A stretch of 39,685 nt of DNA from an uncultured Bacteroidales bacterium (lineage in GTDB: Bacteria > Bacteroidota > Bacteroidia > Bacteroidales > UBA4417). Positions within the stretch are counted from its first letter, which is position 1. Every line of letters begins with the position of its first letter. Position numbers and translations under genes: made by a program. Where the stretch lies: NCBI GenBank assembly GCA_903917425.1, contig CAIXAQ010000601.1, forward strand, positions 1 to 39,685, in the 5' to 3' direction. A model generated the notes under the pieces. It was not told the origin of the DNA. It was given only the letters and a program-made list of their open reading frames with translations, and searched no databases. Shown in pieces: positions 18,156 through 26,743 of this stretch.

Positions 18156-19208
18156 ATGAAAAAAATACTTGTTACCGGTGGAGCCGGGTTTATAGGATCG
18201 CACCTTGTACGATTGCTCGTTAAAAAATATCCTGATACACTGTTTGTCAATCTCGACAACCTCACCTATGCCGGAAATCTGGCAAATCTTACCGACATTT
18301 CATCAGAGCCGAATTACGAATTTGTTAAGGGCGATATAGTTGACGAGGATTTCATTATGGCAACATTCGATGCATACCGCTTCGAGGGGGTAATACACCT
18401 GGCCGCCGAATCGCATGTGGATCGATCCATTGCCAGCCCGAAGGAATTTATCATGACCAACATTGTTGGCACGGTAAACTTACTCAACGCTGCCCGTTTC
18501 TATTGGAAAGACAATTTTGAAGGAAAGCGGTTTTATCATGTTTCAACGGATGAAGTATATGGTTCGCTTGGCGATGAAGGCAAATTTCTCGAAACCACTC
18601 CTTACGACCCCCGCAGTCCTTATTCAGCTTCCAAGGCCAGTAGCGACCACCTTGTGAGAGCTTATCATCACACATACGGTTTGCCTGTCGTTATTTCCAA
18701 TTGTTCGAACAACTACGGGCCAAACCAGTTTCCAGAAAAACTCATACCATTGATCCTTAATAATATACGACACAACAAACCGCTTCCGGTTTACGGCCAG
18801 GGAACCAATATCCGCGACTGGCTGTATGTTGTTGATCATGCCAAAGCTATTGACCTGATTTACCAAAAAGGTATAAATGGTGAAACCTACAACATTGGAG
18901 GCAACAACGAGCGCCAGAATATCGATATCGTAAAAACCCTATGCCGGATCATGGATCGCCAGCTGGGCCGCCCCGAAGGCGATAGCGAAAAACTGATTAC
19001 TTACGTGAAAGACCGCGCCGGTCACGATTTACGTTATGCCATTGATGCAACCAAAATTTACGAACAACTCGGGTGGCAACCGGAAGTACAGTTTAACGAT
19101 GGCTTTGAGAAAACAGTGGCCTGGTACCTCGAGAATCAACAATGGCTCGACGAAGTTACCTCGGGCAACTATTTAAAATACTACGATAAAATGTACCGCG
19201 AGAGGTAA
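18156..19208 (+). CDS. rfbB: dTDP-glucose 4,6-dehydratase
   Basis: 350 aa with VTGGAGFIGSH, LTYAGNLANL, AAESHVDRS, STDEVYG, YSASKASSDHLVRAYHHTYGLP and DWLYVVDH. These are classic RmlB motifs. Confidence 0.95.
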   Translation: MKKILVTGGAGFIGSHLVRLLVKKYPDTLFVNLDNLTYAGNLANLTDISSEPNYEFVKGDIVDEDFIMATFDAYRFEGVIHLAAESHVDRSIASPKEFIMTNIVGTVNLLNAARFYWKDNFEGKRFYHVSTDEVYGSLGDEGKFLETTPYDPRSPYSASKASSDHLVRAYHHTYGLPVVISNCSNNYGPNQFPEKLIPLILNNIRHNKPLPVYGQGTNIRDWLYVVDHAKAIDLIYQKGINGETYNIGGNNERQNIDIVKTLCRIMDRQLGRPEGDSEKLITYVKDRAGHDLRYAIDATKIYEQLGWQPEVQFNDGFEKTVAWYLENQQWLDEVTSGNYLKYYDKMYRER

Positions 19209-19266
19209 ACACTGTTGTGCACACCTTCCACTGAATACGTTTGTTTAGGCATTAAAATAATGATAC

Positions 19267-19442
19267 CTAATCAGTCTGATCAAAATGCATTTTTGCCACA
19301 GATTACAAGGATTACACAGATTTTAAACTGCCTTTAGCAGTTTTTCAATTAATTTCAATTAAAACTGATGAATAATTTTTTGTGAAATCTGTGAAATCTG
19401 TGGCATATTTTTGTTTTTCATTACTTTAGACAAACTGATTAG
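19267..19442. repeat. Imperfect palindromic REP/MITE-like element built from CACAGATT-type repeats
   Basis: The left arm tgccacagattacaaggattacacagatt (19294-19322) pairs with the right arm tgtgaaatctgtgaaatctgtggca (19381-19405), whose reverse complement is tgccacagatttcacagatttcaca. The outer arms ctaatcagt (19267-19275) and actgattag (19434-19442) are also complementary. It fills the gap between rfbB and the glycosyltransferase block. Confidence 0.55.
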
Positions 19443-19486
19443 CTACAAATAATGTTCGTCCAGGCAACAATAAATAAACTTTCACC

Positions 19487-20401
19487 ATGGAGAAACCGTT
19501 AGTTTCAATTATCACGATAAGTTACGATCATCCGGAAGTTACTTGTGCATTGCTCGGATCATTGCGTCATATAACATACCCGAATATCGAAATCATTGTG
19601 GTCGACAATGCTTCGCCAAAGGATGACCCTGCCATTATTTTCCAAACGTACCCGGAAATCGTTTTTATCCAAAGTAAAGAAAACTTAGGTTTTGCAGGTG
19701 GAAATAACGTCGGCATACGCAGTGCAAAAGGCAAATATATCCTGTTGCTGAATAACGATACCGAGGTTGAACCCGGATTTTTGGAACCTTTGGTCGAAAA
19801 ACTTGAAAGTAACAGTAAAATCGGGGCTGTAAGTCCAAAAATAAAATTTTTCTTCCAGCCGGATACCATACAGTTTTCGGGACAAGCACCAATGAATCCA
19901 TATACCATGCGAAGTCATGGGTATGGTTATGGAATCGTAGACTCAGGGCAGTTTGAGGTCGATGCAAAAACCAATTTTGTGCACGGTGCCGCGATGATGA
20001 TACCCCTGGAAGTGGTAAAAAAAGTAGGCTTGATGGCCGAAATATACTTCCTGTATTACGAAGAACTCGATTGGGGAGCGCGCATCCGTGCAGCAGGATA
20101 CGAATTATGGTATGTTCATAACTCAACAGTCATGCATAAAGAATCAATTTCGACCGGACGACTTACGCCTTTTAAAACGTATTATATGAATCGCGCCCGT
20201 ATTTTATACCTGCGCCGCAACGTAAAAGGAATCCAGTTTCTAGTCGCATTTCTTTACCAGACTTTTGTTTCGATACCTAAAAATGCTGCCACATTTGCAA
20301 TTAAAAAACAAAGAGGCCATTTTTTCGCTTACATCAAAGCTATACTATGGAATGTTAAACATTTGTTCATCAATGACATACATAATAACCCTTCGTTGTA
20401 A
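19487..20401 (+). CDS. Glycosyltransferase family 2 (soluble type)
   Basis: 304 aa with VSIITISYDHPE, VVDNASPKDD, NLGFAGGNNVGI and LLLNNDTEV (DxD-type), giving a GT-A fold signature. Confidence 0.9.
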   Translation: MEKPLVSIITISYDHPEVTCALLGSLRHITYPNIEIIVVDNASPKDDPAIIFQTYPEIVFIQSKENLGFAGGNNVGIRSAKGKYILLLNNDTEVEPGFLEPLVEKLESNSKIGAVSPKIKFFFQPDTIQFSGQAPMNPYTMRSHGYGYGIVDSGQFEVDAKTNFVHGAAMMIPLEVVKKVGLMAEIYFLYYEELDWGARIRAAGYELWYVHNSTVMHKESISTGRLTPFKTYYMNRARILYLRRNVKGIQFLVAFLYQTFVSIPKNAATFAIKKQRGHFFAYIKAILWNVKHLFINDIHNNPSL

Positions 20402-20428
20402 TAAAACACATCTAAACCTGAATTATAG

Positions 20429-21643
20429 ATGAACACAGCTTTTCAATCCATCTACCTGACAATACAAATTGTGACATGTGTAGCCTTATTGTTTCCTACT
20501 CTTTACATTTTTGTATTTGCTTTTGCCGGTTTGTTTTACAAGCAACCCCGCTATTCTCAAAATCCGAAACTGCGAAAAATTGCTGTCCTGATACCCGGCT
20601 ACAAGGAGGATGATGTAATTCTTGAAGTTGCAAATGAAGCCCTGATCCAGGATTATCCCCACGAAAAATACGATGTGGTAATTATTGCCGATTCATTCCT
20701 CCCCGAGACAATCGCCAGATTAAAGCAACTCCCGATAATAGTAATTGAAGTTAAGTTCGATAAAAGCACAAAGTCGAAAGCCCTGAACAAGGCCATGGAG
20801 CAACTTACTGATAAGTATGACATTGCAGTTGTTCTCGATGCCGACAATGTGATGGCTGCCGATTTCCTGACCAAAATCAATGCCACTTTTGAAGGAAAAT
20901 ATATGGCTGTCCAGGGACACCGGGCAGCAAAAAACATGGATACGGCTTTAGCCATTTTAGATGCCGCAAGCGAAGAGATTAACAACCATATTTTTCGCAA
21001 AGGCCATAGGGTGCTTGGTCTTTCATCGGCCATAATAGGTTCGGGCATGGCTTTCAACTACGATTTCTTCAAAACTATGATGTCATCGGTAACAGCCATT
21101 GGCGGTTTCGATAAGGAAATAGAGCTCAAAATGCTGAAAGGCAGGCATAAAATCGAATATTTGCACGACGCCCTGGTTTACGACGAAAAAGTTCAGAAAG
21201 CCGAAGTATTCAGCAACCAGCGGCGGCGCTGGCTTTCCGCACAATTGCATTACTTCCGCCAGGATATAGGCTCATCCGTTAAAGCACTCATTACCAAAGG
21301 AAATATCGATTATTTCGATAAAGCCATACAGTTTATACAACCTCCACGGATTTTACTCTTGGGAGCCGTATTGGCAATAAGTGCCCTGTTTGTGATTACC
21401 AACTATATTTTCGGGGTTTCAATCTGGTATAACCTGATGTGGCTCAAGCTTGCAGGCTTGTGTGTATTTGCCTTCCTGTTCTCGGTGCCACTATCGTTTT
21501 ACAATATGGCAACGCTAAAAGCAATGCTCAGCCTGCCCAAAGGAATGTTGCTTATGCTCGGCTCTCTGTTAAAGATTAAAGGAGCTAACAAGCAATTTAT
21601 CCATACCAAACACAGCGCGGTAAAAACCCCGCCTAAACAATAA
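20429..21643 (+). CDS. Membrane-embedded GT2 glycosyltransferase, synthase-like (retains a Q-R-R-R-W motif)
   Basis: 404 aa with an N-terminal TM and C-terminal TM helices. Motifs include AVLIPGYKEDD, VVLDADNVM, GSGMAFNYDFF and SNQRRRWLSAQ (a Q(Q/R)xRW-type motif). Confidence 0.85.
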   Translation: MNTAFQSIYLTIQIVTCVALLFPTLYIFVFAFAGLFYKQPRYSQNPKLRKIAVLIPGYKEDDVILEVANEALIQDYPHEKYDVVIIADSFLPETIARLKQLPIIVIEVKFDKSTKSKALNKAMEQLTDKYDIAVVLDADNVMAADFLTKINATFEGKYMAVQGHRAAKNMDTALAILDAASEEINNHIFRKGHRVLGLSSAIIGSGMAFNYDFFKTMMSSVTAIGGFDKEIELKMLKGRHKIEYLHDALVYDEKVQKAEVFSNQRRRWLSAQLHYFRQDIGSSVKALITKGNIDYFDKAIQFIQPPRILLLGAVLAISALFVITNYIFGVSIWYNLMWLKLAGLCVFAFLFSVPLSFYNMATLKAMLSLPKGMLLMLGSLLKIKGANKQFIHTKHSAVKTPPKQ

Positions 21644-21672
21644 TCACCTGATTGAATTTTAATCATTGTTTT

Positions 21673-22824
21673 ATGAAAATTGGGATAGAAGGACAAAGGC
21701 TTTTCCGCAAGAAAAAACATGGTATGGATATGGTGGCTCTTGAGCTGATCCGGTACCTGCAGGAAATTGACCATGAAAACGAATATATTGTTTTTATCGC
21801 TCCTGACGAAGATGATTCGGTTTTAAAGGAAACTGCCAATTTCAAAATTGTGAAATTAGACGGTGGATCGTATCCTGTCTGGGAGCAGTTTGCCTTGCCC
21901 AAGGCTGCCCGCGAAGCCGGTTGCCAGATATTGCATTGCACAAGCAATACAGCTCCAGTAAATTGCAAAATCCCTTTGGTAGTTACATTGCACGATATAA
22001 TTTACATGGAAAGCAGCTATGCCAAAATACTCGCCGGTAGTGCAACCCCTTACCAGAAATTCGGGAATGTTTACCGCAAAATGGTTGTGCCCAAAATTGT
22101 AAAGAAAAGCCAAAAAATAATTACGGTCTCCCATTTCGAGAAAAACCGTATCGGGGAATTCTTTGGAATGAAAGGCGACAAACGATTAACCGCTGTTTAT
22201 AATGGTGTAAGTGAGCACTTTAAACCGGTAACTGATAAAGCTGAACTGAAACGGGTTAAAGAGAAATACCACCTGCCGGACAAGTATTTTTTCTTTCTTG
22301 GCAACACAGATCCGAAGAAAAACACAAAAGGCACATTGAAGGCGTTCTCCGATTTTATAAAACGCAGCGGAAGCGAACACAAGTTGGTAATGCTCGATTA
22401 CGATCGAACCGAACTGGATAAACTGCTGGAAGAAATTGGCGACAAAGGTTTGATAAACCGCATTGTGCTAACCGGCTACGTGGTAAATACCGATTTGCCT
22501 TCCATTTATTGCCAGAGCGATGTGTTTCTGTATCCTTCACTACGCGAAAGTTTTGGCATTCCCATGCTCGAAGCCATGGCATGCGGCGTGCCGGTTATCA
22601 CTTCCAACACATCGTCGATGCCTGAAGTAGCTGGTACAGCGGCGTTTATAATTGACCCTTTCAAGCCCGAAGAAATTACCGAAGCTATCCTAAAGATACT
22701 TGGCGACAAAGCTTTAAGGGACGATCTGATTAAAAAAGGATTTGAGCAGGCGGCCAAATTCTCGTGGAGAGCTATGGCACAAAGCGTACTCGCGATTTAC
22801 CGTGAAATTGGGGCAGGCAAATAA
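21673..22824 (+). CDS. GT4-family (GT-B, retaining) glycosyltransferase
   Basis: I prefer the ATG at 21673 (MKIGIEGQRLF...) to the track's TTG at 21652. The C-terminal E-x7-E region is ESFGIPMLEAMACGVPVITSNTSSMPEVAG. Confidence 0.9.
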   Translation: MKIGIEGQRLFRKKKHGMDMVALELIRYLQEIDHENEYIVFIAPDEDDSVLKETANFKIVKLDGGSYPVWEQFALPKAAREAGCQILHCTSNTAPVNCKIPLVVTLHDIIYMESSYAKILAGSATPYQKFGNVYRKMVVPKIVKKSQKIITVSHFEKNRIGEFFGMKGDKRLTAVYNGVSEHFKPVTDKAELKRVKEKYHLPDKYFFFLGNTDPKKNTKGTLKAFSDFIKRSGSEHKLVMLDYDRTELDKLLEEIGDKGLINRIVLTGYVVNTDLPSIYCQSDVFLYPSLRESFGIPMLEAMACGVPVITSNTSSMPEVAGTAAFIIDPFKPEEITEAILKILGDKALRDDLIKKGFEQAAKFSWRAMAQSVLAIYREIGAGK

Positions 22825-22848
22825 TAATCATGTTAAAATCAGATTGAT

Positions 22849-24051
22849 ATGATACAAAACCGCGACATCATCGTTATCGGCATACAGCCCTGGGATATAG
22901 AAATAGGCAGCAACTGCAAAAATATTGCCATGGAATTCGCCAGGCACAACCGCGTACTGTACGTAAACACCCCGCTCGACAGGATGAGCATGTACAAGGA
23001 GAAAAACACTGCCAAAATCCAGCACAGAATAAAAGTCCGGAAAGGCCTTGTGCCCGACCTGGTTGAACTTGAACCTAATTTATGGAACCTGAACCCGCTT
23101 GGAATTGTAGAATCCATCAACTGGATAAAATCGCCCCGGATATATGATTTACTGAACAAACGAAATAACCGCATTTTTGCAAAAGCCATTCTGAAGGCAA
23201 TAAATACCCTGGGCTTTAAAGATTATATTTTATTCAACGACAGTTCAATGTTCCAGGGATTTTACATGAAAGAGTATTTGAAACCTGCAACCTATGTGTA
23301 TTATATGCGCGATTTCCTCACGAAAAACCCTTACTGGCGCAAACAAGGTGTTCGGCTCGAACCACAATTGATCCGTAAAGCCGATGTAGTTGTTAATAAC
23401 TCTACGCTTTATACTAATTACGGCTTACAGTTCAACAAACACAGCTATATGGTGGGGCAGGGGTGCGATGTTTCGCTTTTCAACGATATAGACAGGGAAA
23501 TTGTTGCCGCTGCGGATTTAGGTGCTATCCCCTACCCTATTATTGGTTATGTCGGGTTTTTATCATCACGAAGACTTGATGTTCAGCTTATTGCGCATAT
23601 TGCCAGGCAACGTCCGGCATGGAGTATAGTGTTGGTAGGGCCTGAAGATGAGGTTTTTAAAGCCTCCGACCTTCATAGTATTCCGAACGTTCATTTCTTA
23701 GGTTCCCGCGATTCTTCGGTGCTTCCCGACTATATCAAAGGCTTTGATATCTGCATGAATCCTCAGGTTGTTAATGATGCAACTATCGGAAATTATCCCC
23801 GTAAAATTGACGAATACCTCGCCATGGGAAAACCTACCATCGCAACTACTACCGAGGCAATGGAGTATTTCAGGAAATACACATACCTGGGCGCTACTCA
23901 TGAGGATTATATTAACCTGATAGAAAAGGCTTTAAGCGAGAACAGTCCTGAAAAACAACAGGAACGCCGAAAATTTGCGCTGAGCCATACATGGGAAAAC
24001 AATGTAAAGGAAATTTATAAAGCAATTGAAAAAGTCTCTGCCAGCAGGTAA
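22849..24051 (+). CDS. GT-B fold glycosyltransferase (GT4/TuaH-like)
   Basis: 400 aa. IGYVGFLSSRRLDVQLIAHIARQRPAWSIVLVGPED and RKIDEYLAMGKPTIATTT resemble the C-terminal half of group-1 glycosyltransferases. Confidence 0.7.
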   Translation: MIQNRDIIVIGIQPWDIEIGSNCKNIAMEFARHNRVLYVNTPLDRMSMYKEKNTAKIQHRIKVRKGLVPDLVELEPNLWNLNPLGIVESINWIKSPRIYDLLNKRNNRIFAKAILKAINTLGFKDYILFNDSSMFQGFYMKEYLKPATYVYYMRDFLTKNPYWRKQGVRLEPQLIRKADVVVNNSTLYTNYGLQFNKHSYMVGQGCDVSLFNDIDREIVAAADLGAIPYPIIGYVGFLSSRRLDVQLIAHIARQRPAWSIVLVGPEDEVFKASDLHSIPNVHFLGSRDSSVLPDYIKGFDICMNPQVVNDATIGNYPRKIDEYLAMGKPTIATTTEAMEYFRKYTYLGATHEDYINLIEKALSENSPEKQQERRKFALSHTWENNVKEIYKAIEKVSASR

Positions 24052-24071
24052 TTTTTTAAAGAACCAATAAA

Positions 24072-24692
24072 ATGGGAATAGTCCAGAAAATAAAATCCAA
24101 TCCAAAAATCAAAGAGTTTGTTCTTTGGACGATAGCACCCAAGCGAAACCCCCGGCCTCGCCTTTGGGTTCGTTGGTTTTTGAATCCTTTTGTGCATAAA
24201 AAAGGGAAAGGGGCCACCATACGCTGCCGTTCGCGTATTGATGTATTTCCCTGGAATCGCTTTGAAATCGGGAACTTAACAACCATTGAAGACTTCTGTA
24301 CGATTAACAATGGTTCCGGGAATGTACTGCTTGGCAACCGCGTCAGGGTAGGTATAGGTTCTGTCATTATTGGACCGGTTACCATGGGCAACGGTGCCGG
24401 GCTGGGACAGCATGTTTTTGTAAGTGGTTTTAACCATGGCTATAAGGATGGCACTAAAAACTCAAGCGTTCAACCACTTGATATTAAGCCTGTTGTTATT
24501 GAAGATGAGGTACATATTGGTGCCAATTCGGTTGTAACGGCAGGTGTTACCATCGGTCAGCGCTCGCAGATTGGTGCAGGAAGCGTAGTTACCAAAAGCA
24601 TTCCGCCATTTTCGATAGCCGTCGGTAACCCTTGCAGGGTAATTAAGCGGCTCAATCAGGCAACAGGAATATGGGAACGTGTTTCACCTTAA
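24072..24692 (+). CDS. Hexapeptide-repeat (left-handed beta-helix) O-acetyltransferase, WcaF-like
   Basis: 206 aa with repeated [LIV]G-x4 hexapeptides ([45 protein letters not shown]). Confidence 0.85.
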   Translation: MGIVQKIKSNPKIKEFVLWTIAPKRNPRPRLWVRWFLNPFVHKKGKGATIRCRSRIDVFPWNRFEIGNLTTIEDFCTINNGSGNVLLGNRVRVGIGSVIIGPVTMGNGAGLGQHVFVSGFNHGYKDGTKNSSVQPLDIKPVVIEDEVHIGANSVVTAGVTIGQRSQIGAGSVVTKSIPPFSIAVGNPCRVIKRLNQATGIWERVSP

Positions 24693-24735
24693 AATTAACT
24701 CTTTACTCCTCGTAAAATACTAAAAATCAATTGAA

Positions 24736-25506
24736 ATGAAGAAATTATTAACGTACACTCGCTATTTTTTAGATTATATGAAGCATGGCGATCTTGGTTC
24801 GGTGCTTGCTTCGGTAAAATATGTTTTAAATAAAACTTCTCATAACTCCGATAGAACCATCCGCACTTCGGCAGGAACATTTTTCTGCAGGAAGAACACC
24901 AACGATTTCCAGTTTGCAAATTATTATTACGAATGGGGAGTTAAAAAGTACTTTCTGGCTCACAAAAATGAGTACACTGTATTTATTGACGGGGGTGCCT
25001 GTGTTGGCGACTACAGTATTTTAATGGCCCGGTTGGGATTGCGCAGCATAGCCTTTGAGCCGATCCCATACAATTTCGAAGTGCTGATTAAAAACCTCGA
25101 ATTGAATAATTTGAAATCGGATGTTCTATCCTTTGCCTTAGGGTTGGGCGATAAAAACTTCGAGTCTACGTTCGTTTTCAATCCTGTAAACACAGGAGCA
25201 TCACACATAGCAGTAGACGGCGAAACCGGGAACTGCAAGGCTAACATTGTTACTTTCGATTCAATTTACCCGGCTCTTGGTCTTAAAAAGGAGGACAGGA
25301 TCCTGTTTAAACTTGATGTGGAAGGCATGGAACCTGTGGCATTGTTGGGTGCCGAAAAATTTATCCGCGAATTCCCGAACATTACCTTCGTAATGGAAGA
25401 CAAACATTCGGGCGAGGATTACATTAAAGACTCGTTGAACAGATTTGCCAGTTTTGAATATGGCGTTGTGGACGAGTTCAATATTTATGCTAAAAAACAA
25501 ATCTGA
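24736..25506 (+). CDS. FkbM-family SAM-dependent methyltransferase
   Basis: 256 aa with a VFIDGGACVGDYS SAM-binding motif and the FEP...N...L pattern, followed by LFKLDVEGMEP, which is typical of FkbM-type enzymes. Confidence 0.78.
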   Translation: MKKLLTYTRYFLDYMKHGDLGSVLASVKYVLNKTSHNSDRTIRTSAGTFFCRKNTNDFQFANYYYEWGVKKYFLAHKNEYTVFIDGGACVGDYSILMARLGLRSIAFEPIPYNFEVLIKNLELNNLKSDVLSFALGLGDKNFESTFVFNPVNTGASHIAVDGETGNCKANIVTFDSIYPALGLKKEDRILFKLDVEGMEPVALLGAEKFIREFPNITFVMEDKHSGEDYIKDSLNRFASFEYGVVDEFNIYAKKQI

Positions 25507-25523
25507 CCCTTAAAACCAGACTT

Positions 25524-26711
25524 ATGTTAGTCTTAAAAATCACATTTTGGTCTTTGCTTTTCATCGTTTTCTACGCTTATCTCGGCTATGGGATTTTATT
25601 GTATGCCCTGGTTAAAATCCGAAGAATTCTGGGTTTGGCCCCTAAAAAGGTTGTAAATACTGATTATGAGCCGGAGGTCACCTTATTTATTGCAGCCTAT
25701 AACGAAAAAGATTTTGTTGCCGAAAAAGTTAAAAATTCGCGTGAGCTTGATTATCCTGCCAGCAAACTGCATATGGTATGGGTTACAGATGGCAGTGATG
25801 ACGGAACTCCCGATCTGCTCAAACAATTCGAGGGTGTTGAAGTGCACCACCTGCCACAGCGAAGCGGAAAAATCGGCGCCATGAACCGCGGAATGAAACT
25901 GGTAAATACGCCTATTGTGGTTTTTTGTGATGCCAACACCATGCTTGGTAAAGAGTCGATACGGCGGATAGTAAACCTTTTCAGTAACCCGAAAGTAGGA
26001 TGCGTGTCAGGCGAAAAGCGCATTATCAATAAAGACAAAGATGCAGCAGCCGGTGCCGGTGAAGGCATTTACTGGAAGTATGAATCTACATTGAAAAAAT
26101 GGGATGCCGAATTGTACTCGGTTGTGGGTGCTGCAGGCGAATTGTTTGCCATCCGCACCAATCTTTACCGTGAAGTGGAACGCGATACCTTGCTCGACGA
26201 TTTTATCATCTCCTTGCGGGTAGCGCAGGAAGGTTATACCATACAATATGATCCCGAAGCCTATGCCATCGAAACTGCTTCCGCCAATGTGAAAGAGGAA
26301 CTTAAACGCAAGATCCGGATTTCAGCCGGTGGCATACAGTCGGTAATTCGCCTCAGTTCACTCTTAAATATTTTTAAATACGGAACCCTCTCATTCCAGT
26401 ACATTTCGCATCGTGTGCTGCGCTGGACGCTCGCTCCGCTGTCGCTATTGCTGATGATCCCTTTTGGCCTGATGCTGGCATTTAACGAAGGAATTGTAAA
26501 TTTCGGATTCTTCAGCACGTTGTTCTGGCTCCAGGTTCTGTTTTACATTTCCGCTTTGTTAGGCTGGTATCTCGAAAATAAATCAATAAAAGTGAAAATC
26601 CTGTTTATTCCTTATTACTTTTTTATCATGAACTTATCCGTATTCCTGGGATTCAAGCGTTATATAAAAGGCTCGCAATCGGTAAACTGGGAGAGAGCGA
26701 AAAGGGGGTAA
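25524..26711 (+). CDS. Membrane-embedded GT2 glycosyltransferase
   Basis: 395 aa with an N-terminal TM. Motifs include TLFIAAYNEKD, VTDGSDDGT, VVFCDANTM and GAAGELFAIR, and C-terminal TM helices follow. The Q-x-x-R-W position reads KRKIRIS, so it is degenerate. Confidence 0.85.
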   Translation: MLVLKITFWSLLFIVFYAYLGYGILLYALVKIRRILGLAPKKVVNTDYEPEVTLFIAAYNEKDFVAEKVKNSRELDYPASKLHMVWVTDGSDDGTPDLLKQFEGVEVHHLPQRSGKIGAMNRGMKLVNTPIVVFCDANTMLGKESIRRIVNLFSNPKVGCVSGEKRIINKDKDAAAGAGEGIYWKYESTLKKWDAELYSVVGAAGELFAIRTNLYREVERDTLLDDFIISLRVAQEGYTIQYDPEAYAIETASANVKEELKRKIRISAGGIQSVIRLSSLLNIFKYGTLSFQYISHRVLRWTLAPLSLLLMIPFGLMLAFNEGIVNFGFFSTLFWLQVLFYISALLGWYLENKSIKVKILFIPYYFFIMNLSVFLGFKRYIKGSQSVNWERAKRG

Positions 26712-26743
26712 AGGTGAACAACCAGGTTTTGCAGCAAAAAAGC

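Noticed and set aside
19381-19405. Possible CRISPR-like array from tgtgaaatctgtgaaatctg
   Set aside because: The repeat unit is only about 9 nt with no spacers, and it forms one arm of a palindromic element. No cas genes are present.
21652-21672. Track start (TTG, 21652) for the GT4 gene, and GTG 26714 for the beta-helix gene, ATG 36709 for the PduT-like gene, and upstream ATGs for higB (38808) and higA (39058)
   Set aside because: The downstream starts (21673, 26744, 36751, 38838, 39145) give N-termini matching family consensus or signal peptides and remove gene overlaps. The upstream extensions add implausible residues. Start choice remains unverified.
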